Positions 44,772 to 53,734 of a DNA stretch of 64,000 nt are shown here, one piece after another. Position numbers and translations under genes: made by a program. Source of the DNA: Vicinamibacterales bacterium (GTDB lineage: Bacteria; Acidobacteriota; Vicinamibacteria; Vicinamibacterales; UBA2999); assembly GCA_035764385.1 (NCBI GenBank), contig DASTZI010000221.1:482-64481 (forward strand). The letters run 5' to 3'. The notes beneath the pieces are model-generated. The model saw only the letters and a list, made by a program, of their open reading frames with translations. It was not told the DNA's origin and did not search any database. Every line of letters begins with the position of its first letter. Position 1 is the first letter of the stretch.

Positions 44772-45977
44772 TCAGTTGATGAGCGGTGTTGAAAGGCCCA
44801 GTTGTTCGAATGCCGAGATGTCGAGCGGCGAGAAACGTCCGCCGCCTATCAATTGGTAGACGCGGCGTGCCACCTGCAGGTGTCCGTGAAGAAATCGCGC
44901 ATCGGCGAGGATCGCGGTCGTGTCGACGCCGAGCATCGGCGCCAGCCACGCCAGCGCACCGCACGTCCCCACAAATGACGACGCGCGGCTGATGATGGCC
45001 GTCTGCACCGCCAAATTGTCGCGCGGCGTCAGGGCATCGCGCACGCTGTGGATTCGGGAGGCCGCGAACGAGTAGTCCTCGTGGTCATCGAGCGAGAGTC
45101 CTGTATCGAGCATGACGACCGGCGTCCGTTCGGCGAGACCAACCACGATCGACCGAAGTGCCCGGCGGACCGCGTCGGTCGGCGGCAGTGACGCCGCCGT
45201 GTACAACTTCACCGCGACGAAGTCGGCGGGCAGCGGCGGCACGGCGACATTCGGCGCCGCAATGCGGCGATACCGCGTCCGGCGGTCGAGGAATGACGGC
45301 GGCCGGTGACCCAGCCAGAACTGATGGAACAACTGATACAGCAATGACGGGTGCAGCACCTGCGCCCGTGCGGCGCCGATCCGGCGCTGGGCCTCCGCCA
45401 CAATTCGCTGATCCATCGACGAGATGACGAACTGTTTGAGCGTTCCGCGATCTTCGGCGCTGCGCTGCGCATTGGCAGCCGCGTACTCGTCGGGAGACAT
45501 CAGGTCGAACAGTTCCACGGCGTTGGTGGTGATGTCCGAGTACCACGACGCCGCGCCGCCACGCGTCACGATGACCAGCCGATCGGCCGGGATGCCGTGC
45601 CGCGACTGGATCCAGCGCACGAACGGCACCCAATAGAGCACCTCGTAGCCCACTTCCGAGAGCCACGGTCCGACAATGATGGGGTCCGAACCAGAGACGA
45701 CACGGGCGATGTCGCGCTCGACGCGCCACTCGGCGCGATAGGTATCAACGCGCTTCTTCGCCTCGCCGATCTCGTGCATCTGTTTGTGGACCCGCGCCCG
45801 CAGCCACCCCGCACGACGCAGTTGCTTGGCTGAAATGTTGACGATCGCCACGCCGCCGTTGCGAATCTTCTCCCGCAGCAGCTTGAGCCGGCGCCTGGTT
45901 TCCGCAAACACCGCTCGCTTCGCGGTGCGCGCCCGCGCATCAACCCCGGCCCACCCGGACGCGGGACCCGCCGTCAT
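44772..45977 (-). CDS. Family A uncharacterised putative transferase, paralogue A2
   Basis: Start at ATG 45977 (ATGA overlap). IIVGPWLSEVGYEVLYWVPFVRW, VTRGGAASWY, LHPSLLYQLF, FVAVKLY, LSLDDHEDY, NLAVQTAIISRASSFVGTCGALAWLAPMLG. Confidence 0.85.
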   Translation of the reverse strand: MTAGPASGWAGVDARARTAKRAVFAETRRRLKLLREKIRNGGVAIVNISAKQLRRAGWLRARVHKQMHEIGEAKKRVDTYRAEWRVERDIARVVSGSDPIIVGPWLSEVGYEVLYWVPFVRWIQSRHGIPADRLVIVTRGGAASWYSDITTNAVELFDLMSPDEYAAANAQRSAEDRGTLKQFVISSMDQRIVAEAQRRIGAARAQVLHPSLLYQLFHQFWLGHRPPSFLDRRTRYRRIAAPNVAVPPLPADFVAVKLYTAASLPPTDAVRRALRSIVVGLAERTPVVMLDTGLSLDDHEDYSFAASRIHSVRDALTPRDNLAVQTAIISRASSFVGTCGALAWLAPMLGVDTTAILADARFLHGHLQVARRVYQLIGGGRFSPLDISAFEQLGLSTPLIN

Positions 45978-47017
45978 CTGTGACCCCACGTGCTGACGTC
46001 GCCGGCAATGTCCGCACCTCCCGCCGCGTCGCGGACCTCCAGCAGGCCCGACGCGCCGATCTGGTCGAACGCCGATCGCGCCATGTGCAGGTGCTTCTGG
46101 GAGAAGCCGCCGGGGTCGCTGTAGAACGCGAGCGATTTCACACCATGGAACGGTGCCATGTAGGAGAAGCCACCGTAGGTGCCGACAAACGCGTCCGCGC
46201 CAGCCACGATGGCGCTCTGAATGTGCAGATTGCGTGCGGGATCGAGACCTTCAGGCAGATGGCGCACACCATGCTCGTCGACACGATCGCCACGATGGTC
46301 GTCGATGTTCAATCCCGTGGAGAGAGCCACGACCGGACCGACCGCCGCGAAGGTCCTGAGCGCGTCACGAACAAATGCGCGATTCTGCGGCGTCGCGGGG
46401 AAGCACTCGTTGAAATAGAACTTGGCCGCAACGTAGCGCGGTGGCAGGTCGAGCACGTCGGTTTTCGGGGGCGTATCGAGGCGGGCATAGCGAACATGGT
46501 TGTGAACCCACCGATCCGCTTGATGGCCCCACCAGTACGGGTTCAGCACGTCGTACATCAATGACGGGTGCAGCAGAGACCACTCGCGCACCTGCGCGTG
46601 ACGCATTGCCGCGGCGACAATCTCGCGGTCGAACTCAGTGATGCGCGTCTGCTTCTGTTCACCAAGATCCCGCACCCTTGCATCGTGCTGCTCGCGGAAC
46701 ATCTCGGCGGTGACCTGGTCGAACACGTCCGCATAGCGCGACGCGAAGGGGCGGTACCAGTTTTCCGTGCCGCCACGCGAGACGACCACGAAGCGCTCCG
46801 GATCGATCGTCAACCGCTCGGCACACCACCGAAGAAACGGCACCCAGTAAAGCAGCTCGAACCCCACCTCGCCCAGCCAAGGACCGGCGACAATTGGGAT
46901 GCCGCGTGTGGCCATCGCGGCAAGCTCGCGTTGCAGTCGCTCGCTCTTGCGCTGCGCGAGAAACGCGCTTGCCGCGCGCCGAATGGGGCGCGGCACCACG
47001 TGACGCAGCGAATTCAT
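45974..47017 (-). CDS. Family A uncharacterised putative transferase, paralogue A3 (divergent subtype)
   Basis: IVAGPWLGEVGFELLYWVPFLRW, VSRGGTENWY, LHPSLMYDVL, YVAAKFY, LNIDDHRGD, NLHIQSAIVAGADAFVGTYGGFSYMAPFHG. Confidence 0.85.
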   Translation of the reverse strand: MNSLRHVVPRPIRRAASAFLAQRKSERLQRELAAMATRGIPIVAGPWLGEVGFELLYWVPFLRWCAERLTIDPERFVVVSRGGTENWYRPFASRYADVFDQVTAEMFREQHDARVRDLGEQKQTRITEFDREIVAAAMRHAQVREWSLLHPSLMYDVLNPYWWGHQADRWVHNHVRYARLDTPPKTDVLDLPPRYVAAKFYFNECFPATPQNRAFVRDALRTFAAVGPVVALSTGLNIDDHRGDRVDEHGVRHLPEGLDPARNLHIQSAIVAGADAFVGTYGGFSYMAPFHGVKSLAFYSDPGGFSQKHLHMARSAFDQIGASGLLEVRDAAGGADIAGDVSTWGHR

Positions 47018-47712
47018 TGCCGACTGAGCAGACGTTCGGCTTCATCCCAGTCCGCCGGAGAGTCGATGCTGAGCGAGTCGGACGGATCGATGAGCAGCGG
47101 CCGGCAATCTTCCCCATAAATGCCGCCGGATTTCTCGATGGTCGAGCGCCGGAACGCGTACACCGTGCCATCGCGCGAGTAGGCCGGCCGTGCATCCTGC
47201 CGGCGGGTGACGCGTTCACCGTCAGGCAAAAACGTCTTGAGGCGCCCATCGGCGATCCGCATGACATAGTCCGGTGACAAGTGACGTGGAACTTCCACCA
47301 CCGTGACCACCGAATCGGCGCTGGTCTCGCGCAGCAGCGTCACCGCTGCGCGAATGTGATCGGGCCGTCGAAGCGGAGACGTGGGTTGCAGCAGCACGAC
47401 GATCTCAGGCGACCAACCCTGCCGCGACAACTCGGCAAGCGCATGCACGATGACGGGAACCATCGGCGTATCGTCCGCCGCCAGCGCGGCCGGTCGCATG
47501 AACGGCACTTCGAGGCCTGCACGGCGACCCTCGTCGGCAATTTCGGGAGAGTCGGTGCTCAGAATGATTCGGTCGACGACACCCGATTCGCGCGCCGCAC
47601 GCGCGGTGTAGTCCAGTAGCGAATGGCCGGCGAGCAGCTTCACGTTCTTCCGTGGAACACCTTTCGATCCGCCACGTGCAGGGACAAGTGCGAGAACCAG
47701 CTCTCGAGTCAT
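47014..47712 (-). CDS. CMP-nonulosonic acid synthetase (acylneuraminate cytidylyltransferase family), paralogue 2
   Basis: Start at MTRELVLALVPARGGSKGVPRKNVKLLAGHSLLDYT (ATG 47712, ATGA overlap). LLQPTSPLRR. About half of its positions are identical to paralogue 3 by eye. Confidence 0.9.
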   Translation of the reverse strand: MTRELVLALVPARGGSKGVPRKNVKLLAGHSLLDYTARAARESGVVDRIILSTDSPEIADEGRRAGLEVPFMRPAALAADDTPMVPVIVHALAELSRQGWSPEIVVLLQPTSPLRRPDHIRAAVTLLRETSADSVVTVVEVPRHLSPDYVMRIADGRLKTFLPDGERVTRRQDARPAYSRDGTVYAFRRSTIEKSGGIYGEDCRPLLIDPSDSLSIDSPADWDEAERLLSRQ

Positions 47713-48155
47713 CGCGTGCACGAAGCGACGGCTACTGTCGAGGGCCGATAGGCATCGATGGCTTCGATGACGTCGTCCTCTCCAATATCGGCAGCGATGC
47801 AATGAAGATGGTGCCAGCCGGGTTCATCCACGGCAGCCCCTTCACGCATCAATAGCTGGACAATCTCAGGGCGCCGCGCAAGAACCGCGGCCTCGAGCGG
47901 GGTCGCGCGACTGACAGCGAGAACGTCGGGACGCAATGCGTACTCGATGTTTGGATCCGCGCCTGCTTCGATGAGCCGCGCGACCTCTGCCTGATCCCGC
48001 AGGGCGGCAGCTTCCGCGAGCGTCAGCGGACCGCCCTGCCAGAATGTCGGTGTGTAGCCGAACACGGCCGCGCCGAACACCGCGCCGCAAAAAGCGACTG
48101 CGGCCAGCGGTGGGATGCCGGCACAGACCGCCGGCAAAGTCGTCAAGCGAGCCAC
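47709..48155 (-). CDS. Small membrane-anchored ankyrin-repeat protein
   Basis: N-terminal hydrophobic helix (IPPLAAVAFCGAVFGAAVFG), then ANK-like units (EVARLIEAGADPN; TPLEAAVLARRPEIVQLLMREGAAVD). The start is uncertain (GTG 48155 chosen; the track gives 48212). Confidence 0.6.
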   Translation of the reverse strand: MARLTTLPAVCAGIPPLAAVAFCGAVFGAAVFGYTPTFWQGGPLTLAEAAALRDQAEVARLIEAGADPNIEYALRPDVLAVSRATPLEAAVLARRPEIVQLLMREGAAVDEPGWHHLHCIAADIGEDDVIEAIDAYRPSTVAVASCTR

Positions 48156-48168
48156 GTGACTGCCGCCA

Positions 48169-49560
48169 CTAGTAGTCGATATCGAACACGCGGTCCGCCC
48201 ATCGGGGCACAAACCAGGGGTTGACGACAGGCCTAGACAAAGCGTCGGCGCGCAGCGACGAGACGAGCCGGTGAGCCGCCGGATCGTCCGGCAAGTAGTC
48301 GCGCATACCCGCCCAATCGTTGTGAAACGCGAACGCCTGGGTCCTCATGACATGGTGCACCCCGACGACGCGCACCGCCCATAGCGAGCTCGCCGCGAGA
48401 AGGACGATTGTGGTCACGAGGGCGGGACCAACGCGCCGCGCCCGAATCAGGTGATCGCGGACCGCCCAGAACGCGACGATCGCATAGCAGGCGCCCGCGG
48501 TGCTCATGATGACGTCCTTCGCGTACGCAAACGACGACACCGCACTCGCAGCAAGCAAGGCGCCGAAGATCAGGAAATCGCCGCGTATCGCTGCGCGATC
48601 GCCGTCCGTGTTGGCGCTGCCTTCACGCGACCATCGCCATGCCGTGATTGCGATCAGAACCGTCGTCAGCGTCGACGAGACGATGTTGATCCACATCCTC
48701 GGCGGAATGTCTCCATGCTGCCATCCTCGCAAGATCACGAACGTCCCGTCGCGCGGCTCCGAGAAGAGCACCGAGGATATCGATGCATACACCGTATAGA
48801 TCGTGAATCGGCTGAGGCCCGCGCCGAAGCGCTCTCGAATCTGTTCCGGTTCGAGCCGCTCCGCCAGGTACCCGGAGGCGTTCTGCGTGTCCAGCGGAAG
48901 CAGTGTGAGACGCCCCACCACGTAAACCACCATCAAAATCGTGACGCTGATCAAGGCACGATCTGAAACACCGCGACGTCCAGCAAGGCGTCCAGCCACC
49001 AGCGCGACCCACACCAGAACGCCGGATTCGAGCGTCAGGCACGCGGCGACAAACGTGAGCACTGCCGCAAGGTCGATCCAGACTCCGCCGCGGCCGCGCG
49101 ACAAAAGCATCGCCAGCAGGACGAGCCCGACGATCGGCAGATACACGTTCACGGGGGTCGCTTCTTTCACGAGACCAACAAATGTGTTGCTGCCGACAAA
49201 GACATTCAGCGCGAAGAGCGAAGCGGCGAGGTCTACGCCGCTTTCGATACGCAACGCGGTAACGAACAAGCACAACGCCGCTACCAAGAGTGCAATATGA
49301 AACGCCTTGTAAGCGACGTGCACGTGACCGCCCGACAGATCGAACAGCAGCTTTGTTTCCGCCATCCACAGCGGACGAAAATCCGTGGTTCCGATCTCCG
49401 AGGTGAAGGACGCCCACACTCCGGGCGAACGTCCGGCCTCCACAATTTTCGGTAGCGAATCCTGCACCTGCAGCGGTACGCGCAGAAGACCGTAGCCGAG
49501 CGAACCCGCCATCAGCGCCGCGCAGAAAAGAGCACACGCCCGGGGCGCCGAGATCGTCAC
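48169..49560 (-). CDS. Polytopic membrane protein (about 10 TM); candidate polymerase/ligase or GT-C-type transferase
   Basis: 463 aa dominated by hydrophobic helices, with a soluble C-terminal tail. No recognisable motif. It is the only large integral-membrane protein in the array apart from the WecA-like enzyme. Confidence 0.75.
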   Translation of the reverse strand: MTISAPRACALFCAALMAGSLGYGLLRVPLQVQDSLPKIVEAGRSPGVWASFTSEIGTTDFRPLWMAETKLLFDLSGGHVHVAYKAFHIALLVAALCLFVTALRIESGVDLAASLFALNVFVGSNTFVGLVKEATPVNVYLPIVGLVLLAMLLSRGRGGVWIDLAAVLTFVAACLTLESGVLVWVALVAGRLAGRRGVSDRALISVTILMVVYVVGRLTLLPLDTQNASGYLAERLEPEQIRERFGAGLSRFTIYTVYASISSVLFSEPRDGTFVILRGWQHGDIPPRMWINIVSSTLTTVLIAITAWRWSREGSANTDGDRAAIRGDFLIFGALLAASAVSSFAYAKDVIMSTAGACYAIVAFWAVRDHLIRARRVGPALVTTIVLLAASSLWAVRVVGVHHVMRTQAFAFHNDWAGMRDYLPDDPAAHRLVSSLRADALSRPVVNPWFVPRWADRVFDIDY

Positions 49561-50483
49561 ACCCGGTGTGGAGAGTTTTGCACGAAGCGCACTTCCCGAA
49601 GCAGCGCGTCAACCGAGGCAACCGTTGGCATCACGTCCACATTGCCGGTGCCTGGACGGCACACGTAGCTGACGTGCAGATGATCGCTGGCGTAGTCGCT
49701 ACGGAGCACTTCGAACGCCGCCCTGCGCAAGTGCGCGACGATGGTCGGTTCGGTGAGGTAGTACGGATGATCGATCTTGATCGCATCCTCAACCGACCAG
49801 TTGCGGAGATAGGCCGCCCGAAAATCGACGATATCGATGAAGAGCAATCCATCGTCGGACAGCAACTGGCGGACACGCGTCAGCGTCCCCGCAACATCGA
49901 GCAGGTGATCGACCGTCTGGCAGATGGTGACGACGTCGAAACGACGGCTCCCGAAGTCGTGGTGTTCGACCAATCCCGAGATCGTCTCGAGCCCGAGGCG
50001 CTGCGCCTGCTCGATTTCGAGCGGCGCCGGATCGATGACGGTTCCGTCCAGTCCGAACTCTCGCGCGAAGTGCGCGGCCACCACTCCCGTCGAACCTCCG
50101 ATGTCCAGCAGCGTCCGTCGTCGGGTACTGGCGGTGAAGGGCCTCAGGAATTCCGCACGTTCCACCGCATACTCGCGCTGCTCGGCCTGGATCGTGCGCG
50201 CATCGATGAGCCGGCCGTGGAACGCGCTGACGAGCGGACGATACACGCCGTTGTAGAAACGTGCGTACGCCTCCGCCGCGAGGCGCGGGTTCAGAAAGAC
50301 AAGACCGCACTGGCGGCACGCGTGCGCCTGCGCCGGGTAGCCATACCGGTCCCGATGCGTGAGGATGACGAACTGGCCTGCGCCACACAGGTTACAGGCC
50401 GTCAAGGTCTGTTTCGGCTGCGTCGCGTAGTCGTACTCGAGCGCGGCAATCCGCTCTCTGCGATCTGCTGAAACTGTCGTCAT
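49557..50483 (-). CDS. SAM-dependent methyltransferase with N-terminal Cys4 zinc-ribbon, paralogue 1
   Basis: Start at MTTVSADRR (ATG 50483, sharing 1 nt with the upstream TGA). CNLCG...CRQCGLVFLNP, then LLDIGGSTGVVAAHF, VTICQTVDHL. Confidence 0.85.
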   Translation of the reverse strand: MTTVSADRRERIAALEYDYATQPKQTLTACNLCGAGQFVILTHRDRYGYPAQAHACRQCGLVFLNPRLAAEAYARFYNGVYRPLVSAFHGRLIDARTIQAEQREYAVERAEFLRPFTASTRRRTLLDIGGSTGVVAAHFAREFGLDGTVIDPAPLEIEQAQRLGLETISGLVEHHDFGSRRFDVVTICQTVDHLLDVAGTLTRVRQLLSDDGLLFIDIVDFRAAYLRNWSVEDAIKIDHPYYLTEPTIVAHLRRAAFEVLRSDYASDHLHVSYVCRPGTGNVDVMPTVASVDALLREVRFVQNSPHRV

Positions 50484-51640
50484 CAGTACGTCAGTCTCTT
50501 CTCGATCGTCAGCTCGGCCTGCGACAGACAGTCGGCAATGCGTTCTCCAGCCCTGCCGTCGCCGTAGAGCAAGTCCCGTGACGCTCTGCCACGCTTGATG
50601 TGCGCCGCCAGGGCGTCGGTAATCTCGACGCGATCGTGGCTGACGTCTATGACGTTGCGGCCACGCTCGCGACCAAGCTGCCTGGTGCCGATGTTGACCG
50701 CAGGTACGCCCAGATAAGAACACTCGCGGATGGCGACGCTCGAATTGCCGACGATGGCTGTCGCACTACAGAGCAGGCGCAGGAAGTCCTCGGGGAACAT
50801 GTTGCGGAACAGGTGGAAGTTCTCCGGCTGCTCCCTTTCGCGGAACATCCGGATGCCTTTCGAGGTCCCGTCGGACCCCGCATCCACATTCGGCCAGAAC
50901 CACAGCACCGGAAGGCCGAAGTCTTTGACGGCATACAACGTCTCGTCGACCTGATGCCGCGCTTCTTCGTACTCGGTCGTCACGGGATGCTGCATCACGA
51001 CGAGATACCCGTTCGACAGATCGGTGGTCGGACCGACGCCGCCATATTTTCCAAACGGATCGAAATCCATCTCCGGACGCGCCGCGACTTCGGCCGCGAT
51101 GTCGATCGACGGACAACCGGTGACATGCACGTTGGCTGGATCTTCACCGAGCTTCTTGACGCGCTCACCGGCGAGATTGGTCGACACGAGATGCAGGTTG
51201 GCGAGCTTGGTGACCGAATGTCGTACCTTCTCATCGATCGAGCCCGTCACCTCGCCGCCCTGGATATGCACAAGCGGGATGTTCATGTACGACGCGGCCA
51301 CGGCCGTCGCGAGCGTCTCGTAACGATCCGCGATCGTGACCACCGCGTCGGGCTTGATGTTGTCGAACACGGTCGCCAGCTCCGACAGGCCGATACCCGT
51401 CGACTTGGCGGAGGTGACGAGGTTTTCTCCCTCGAGCACCATGTACACCCGCGCAACAATCGGAAATCCGTCGCGTTCAATCGAATGGATGGCGCTGCCG
51501 TACCGATCCAGCAGCGCCGACGCCGCAACGACCAGCTGCAACTCGAGATCGCTGTGCTGATCGATGGCTTTGAGCGCCGTACGAATGCGGGAGTAGCTCG
51601 GACGAGCAGTCACGACGACGCAGATTTTCCGTTTGGGCAA
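50483..51640 (-). CDS. neuC: UDP-N-acetylhexosamine 2-epimerase, hydrolysing (NeuC-type), paralogue 1
   Basis: KICVVVTARPSYSRI, DRYETLATAVAASYMNIPLVHIQGGEVTGSIDEKVRHSVTKLANLH, GNSSVAIRECSYLGVPAVNIGTRQ. TTG start. Confidence 0.9.
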   Translation of the reverse strand: MPKRKICVVVTARPSYSRIRTALKAIDQHSDLELQLVVAASALLDRYGSAIHSIERDGFPIVARVYMVLEGENLVTSAKSTGIGLSELATVFDNIKPDAVVTIADRYETLATAVAASYMNIPLVHIQGGEVTGSIDEKVRHSVTKLANLHLVSTNLAGERVKKLGEDPANVHVTGCPSIDIAAEVAARPEMDFDPFGKYGGVGPTTDLSNGYLVVMQHPVTTEYEEARHQVDETLYAVKDFGLPVLWFWPNVDAGSDGTSKGIRMFREREQPENFHLFRNMFPEDFLRLLCSATAIVGNSSVAIRECSYLGVPAVNIGTRQLGRERGRNVIDVSHDRVEITDALAAHIKRGRASRDLLYGDGRAGERIADCLSQAELTIEKRLTY

Positions 51641-51641
51641 C

Positions 51642-52679
51642 CTAGGCGAGTCCTTCGATGTCTTCAGCGGTCAGAACCTGATCTGCGGTGACCCGCCGCG
51701 CTAGGCGTCGGCCAATCACGTCCTCGAGTCGATCGGGCGGCAGACCGGTTCCAGGTTTCTTGATGACCACATGTTCACGTTCGATGACCGTGCCGGCTGG
51801 CAGGCTGGCGCACGCCACAAGACTTCGCGTGAACAGCTTGCGCAGCGGAGCCGTCTCCTGCGCCGATTCGTCCTTGTCGAGCGGGTGCGCGCGCATCCGT
51901 TCGATGAACCGGATCCCGTCCACAAGCTGCCGTAGTTCCTGCGTGGTAATCGAGGCGATGACATCGGGACCGAACATCTCGCGAGAAAGCGCCACGTGCA
52001 CTTCGAGCATGTCCATTCCCATCGCAGCCCCCGCGAGGCCCGGAAAGATCGTCGCCGAATGATCCGACAACCCCACCCAACAGCCATAGCGCCCGCGATA
52101 GAACGGAATCAGATTGAGCCCGATCTTCTCTGGTGGACATGGGTAGGCGGTCGTGCACTGGAAGACACCGAGATCGGCGTGGCGCGCGCGAACCCGTGCG
52201 ACGGCGCGGTCGATTTCCTCGAGCGGACTCATCCCGGTCGACAGCAACACCGGCTTCCGCGTATCGAGGATGCGATCGAGCAGTGTTGTGTTCGAGGTCT
52301 CGCCTGATGCGATTTTCCAGAGCGGGACGCCGATGCGCTCGAGCAGGTCGACGGCCTGGATTGAAAAGGGCGACGAGAGGAACAGAATGCCGCGCTCGCG
52401 CGCGTGCTCGGCCAGCCCGCGCCAGCCCTCTTCGGTGAACTCCATCCGTTTCCAGTAGTCGTATCGCGTCTTGTCCTGACGGCTGAATTTCACGCGAAAC
52501 GGTTCGGACGGCGTGCTCTCGGCCGCGGCGATGTGGGTCTGGAATTTCACGGCATCAGCGCCCGCATCGGCAATCGCATCCACAAATGCGTGTGCGAGCC
52601 CGAGACTGCCGTCGTGTGTCAGCGCGACTTCGCCGATGACGAGACTGCGGCCGGCAACAAGAAATCGCTCGGAAATCAA
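51642..52679 (-). CDS. neuB: NeuB-family nonulosonic acid synthase (bacterial NeuB/LegI/PseI type) with SAF domain
   Basis: VIGEVALTHDGSLGLAHAFVDAIADAGADAVKFQTH, WKIASGE, FQCTTAYPCPPE, GLSDHS, and a C-terminal SAF-like region. Confidence 0.9.
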   Translation of the reverse strand: MISERFLVAGRSLVIGEVALTHDGSLGLAHAFVDAIADAGADAVKFQTHIAAAESTPSEPFRVKFSRQDKTRYDYWKRMEFTEEGWRGLAEHARERGILFLSSPFSIQAVDLLERIGVPLWKIASGETSNTTLLDRILDTRKPVLLSTGMSPLEEIDRAVARVRARHADLGVFQCTTAYPCPPEKIGLNLIPFYRGRYGCWVGLSDHSATIFPGLAGAAMGMDMLEVHVALSREMFGPDVIASITTQELRQLVDGIRFIERMRAHPLDKDESAQETAPLRKLFTRSLVACASLPAGTVIEREHVVIKKPGTGLPPDRLEDVIGRRLARRVTADQVLTAEDIEGLA

Positions 52680-53734
52680 GGATTCGCCTCTTGAGCCATG
52701 AGTCTCGAGCCTTGAGCCGAACCCATTGGATCGAGCGCCCGGAGATCAAGGGCAGCGAAATGACCCGCCCCGGTCCGGTGGCATGCGCGCAGCATGACGC
52801 CGAGATGGGCATGCAGCCACTTCGGATCCATGTAGACGGCAGATGTGTTCACGCCGAGCATTGGCGCGAGCCACGCCACGCTGCCGCACGTCCCGACAAA
52901 TGCCTGCGCGCTGGCGATGATCTGAGTCTGGACGGCGAGATTGTTGTTCGGAGCCATCCATGATCGGGCGCTGATGACGCGCCCGGTCGGTCCAAACGCA
53001 TAGTCGGCGTGCTCATCAAGCGCCAGCCCAGTGTCGAGCAGGACGACGTGGGTGCGCTCGGCGAGGGTGTCGACGAACCACGCGAGCGTGCGACGCACGT
53101 CTGGTGTGTCCGGCAACGATCGCGCCGCATAGAGCTTCACCGCGACGTACTCGCGGGGAAGAGCCGCGGCATCCAGAACCTGCGGTGGCGGAATCGCCTC
53201 GAAGCGCATATGGGCATCGAGGAAGCTCTGCGCGCGCTGACCGGACCAGAAGAGCGAGAACAGGCGATACATCAACGAAGGGTGCAGTACGGCGACGCGG
53301 GTTCCCGCAACTCGCTCGACGACGTGCACCACCTCACGATCGAACGCCGAGACCTCCAACTGTTTCGTCGCGCCGCGCTCTCCGGTCCGCCGAGCGAAGT
53401 CGGCAGGGTCGATGTGATCCCAGATCTCCACGTACCGATCGGAGATGCCGCGGTACCACGACGCAACGCCCCCGCGCGAGACGGCGATCACACGCGACGG
53501 CTCGACACGAAAGGCCGCCTTGACCCATCGCAGGAACGGCACCCAGTAGAGCGCCTCGAAGCCGACTTCCGAGAGCCACGGTCCCGCAACAATCGTCTCC
53601 GCGCCGTTGACGACCGCCTCGATCTCCCGCTCGACGGCCCAGCCGGCGCGAGACCATTCGAGCTGCTCGCGTATCTCCGCGCGGTGGCGGAGTGCATCGC
53701 GCAACGGCCGCTTAGCTCTTCGCAACAAACTCAT
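52676..53734 (-). CDS. Family A uncharacterised putative transferase, paralogue A4
   Basis: Start at MSLLRRAKRP (ATG 53734, overlapping the upstream gene end by 23 nt). IVAGPWLSEVGFEALYWVPFLRW, VSRGGVASWY, LHPSLMYRLF, YVAVKLY, LALDEHADY, NLAVQTQIIASAQAFVGTCGSVAWLAPMLG. Confidence 0.85.
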   Translation of the reverse strand: MSLLRRAKRPLRDALRHRAEIREQLEWSRAGWAVEREIEAVVNGAETIVAGPWLSEVGFEALYWVPFLRWVKAAFRVEPSRVIAVSRGGVASWYRGISDRYVEIWDHIDPADFARRTGERGATKQLEVSAFDREVVHVVERVAGTRVAVLHPSLMYRLFSLFWSGQRAQSFLDAHMRFEAIPPPQVLDAAALPREYVAVKLYAARSLPDTPDVRRTLAWFVDTLAERTHVVLLDTGLALDEHADYAFGPTGRVISARSWMAPNNNLAVQTQIIASAQAFVGTCGSVAWLAPMLGVNTSAVYMDPKWLHAHLGVMLRACHRTGAGHFAALDLRALDPMGSAQGSRLMAQEANP

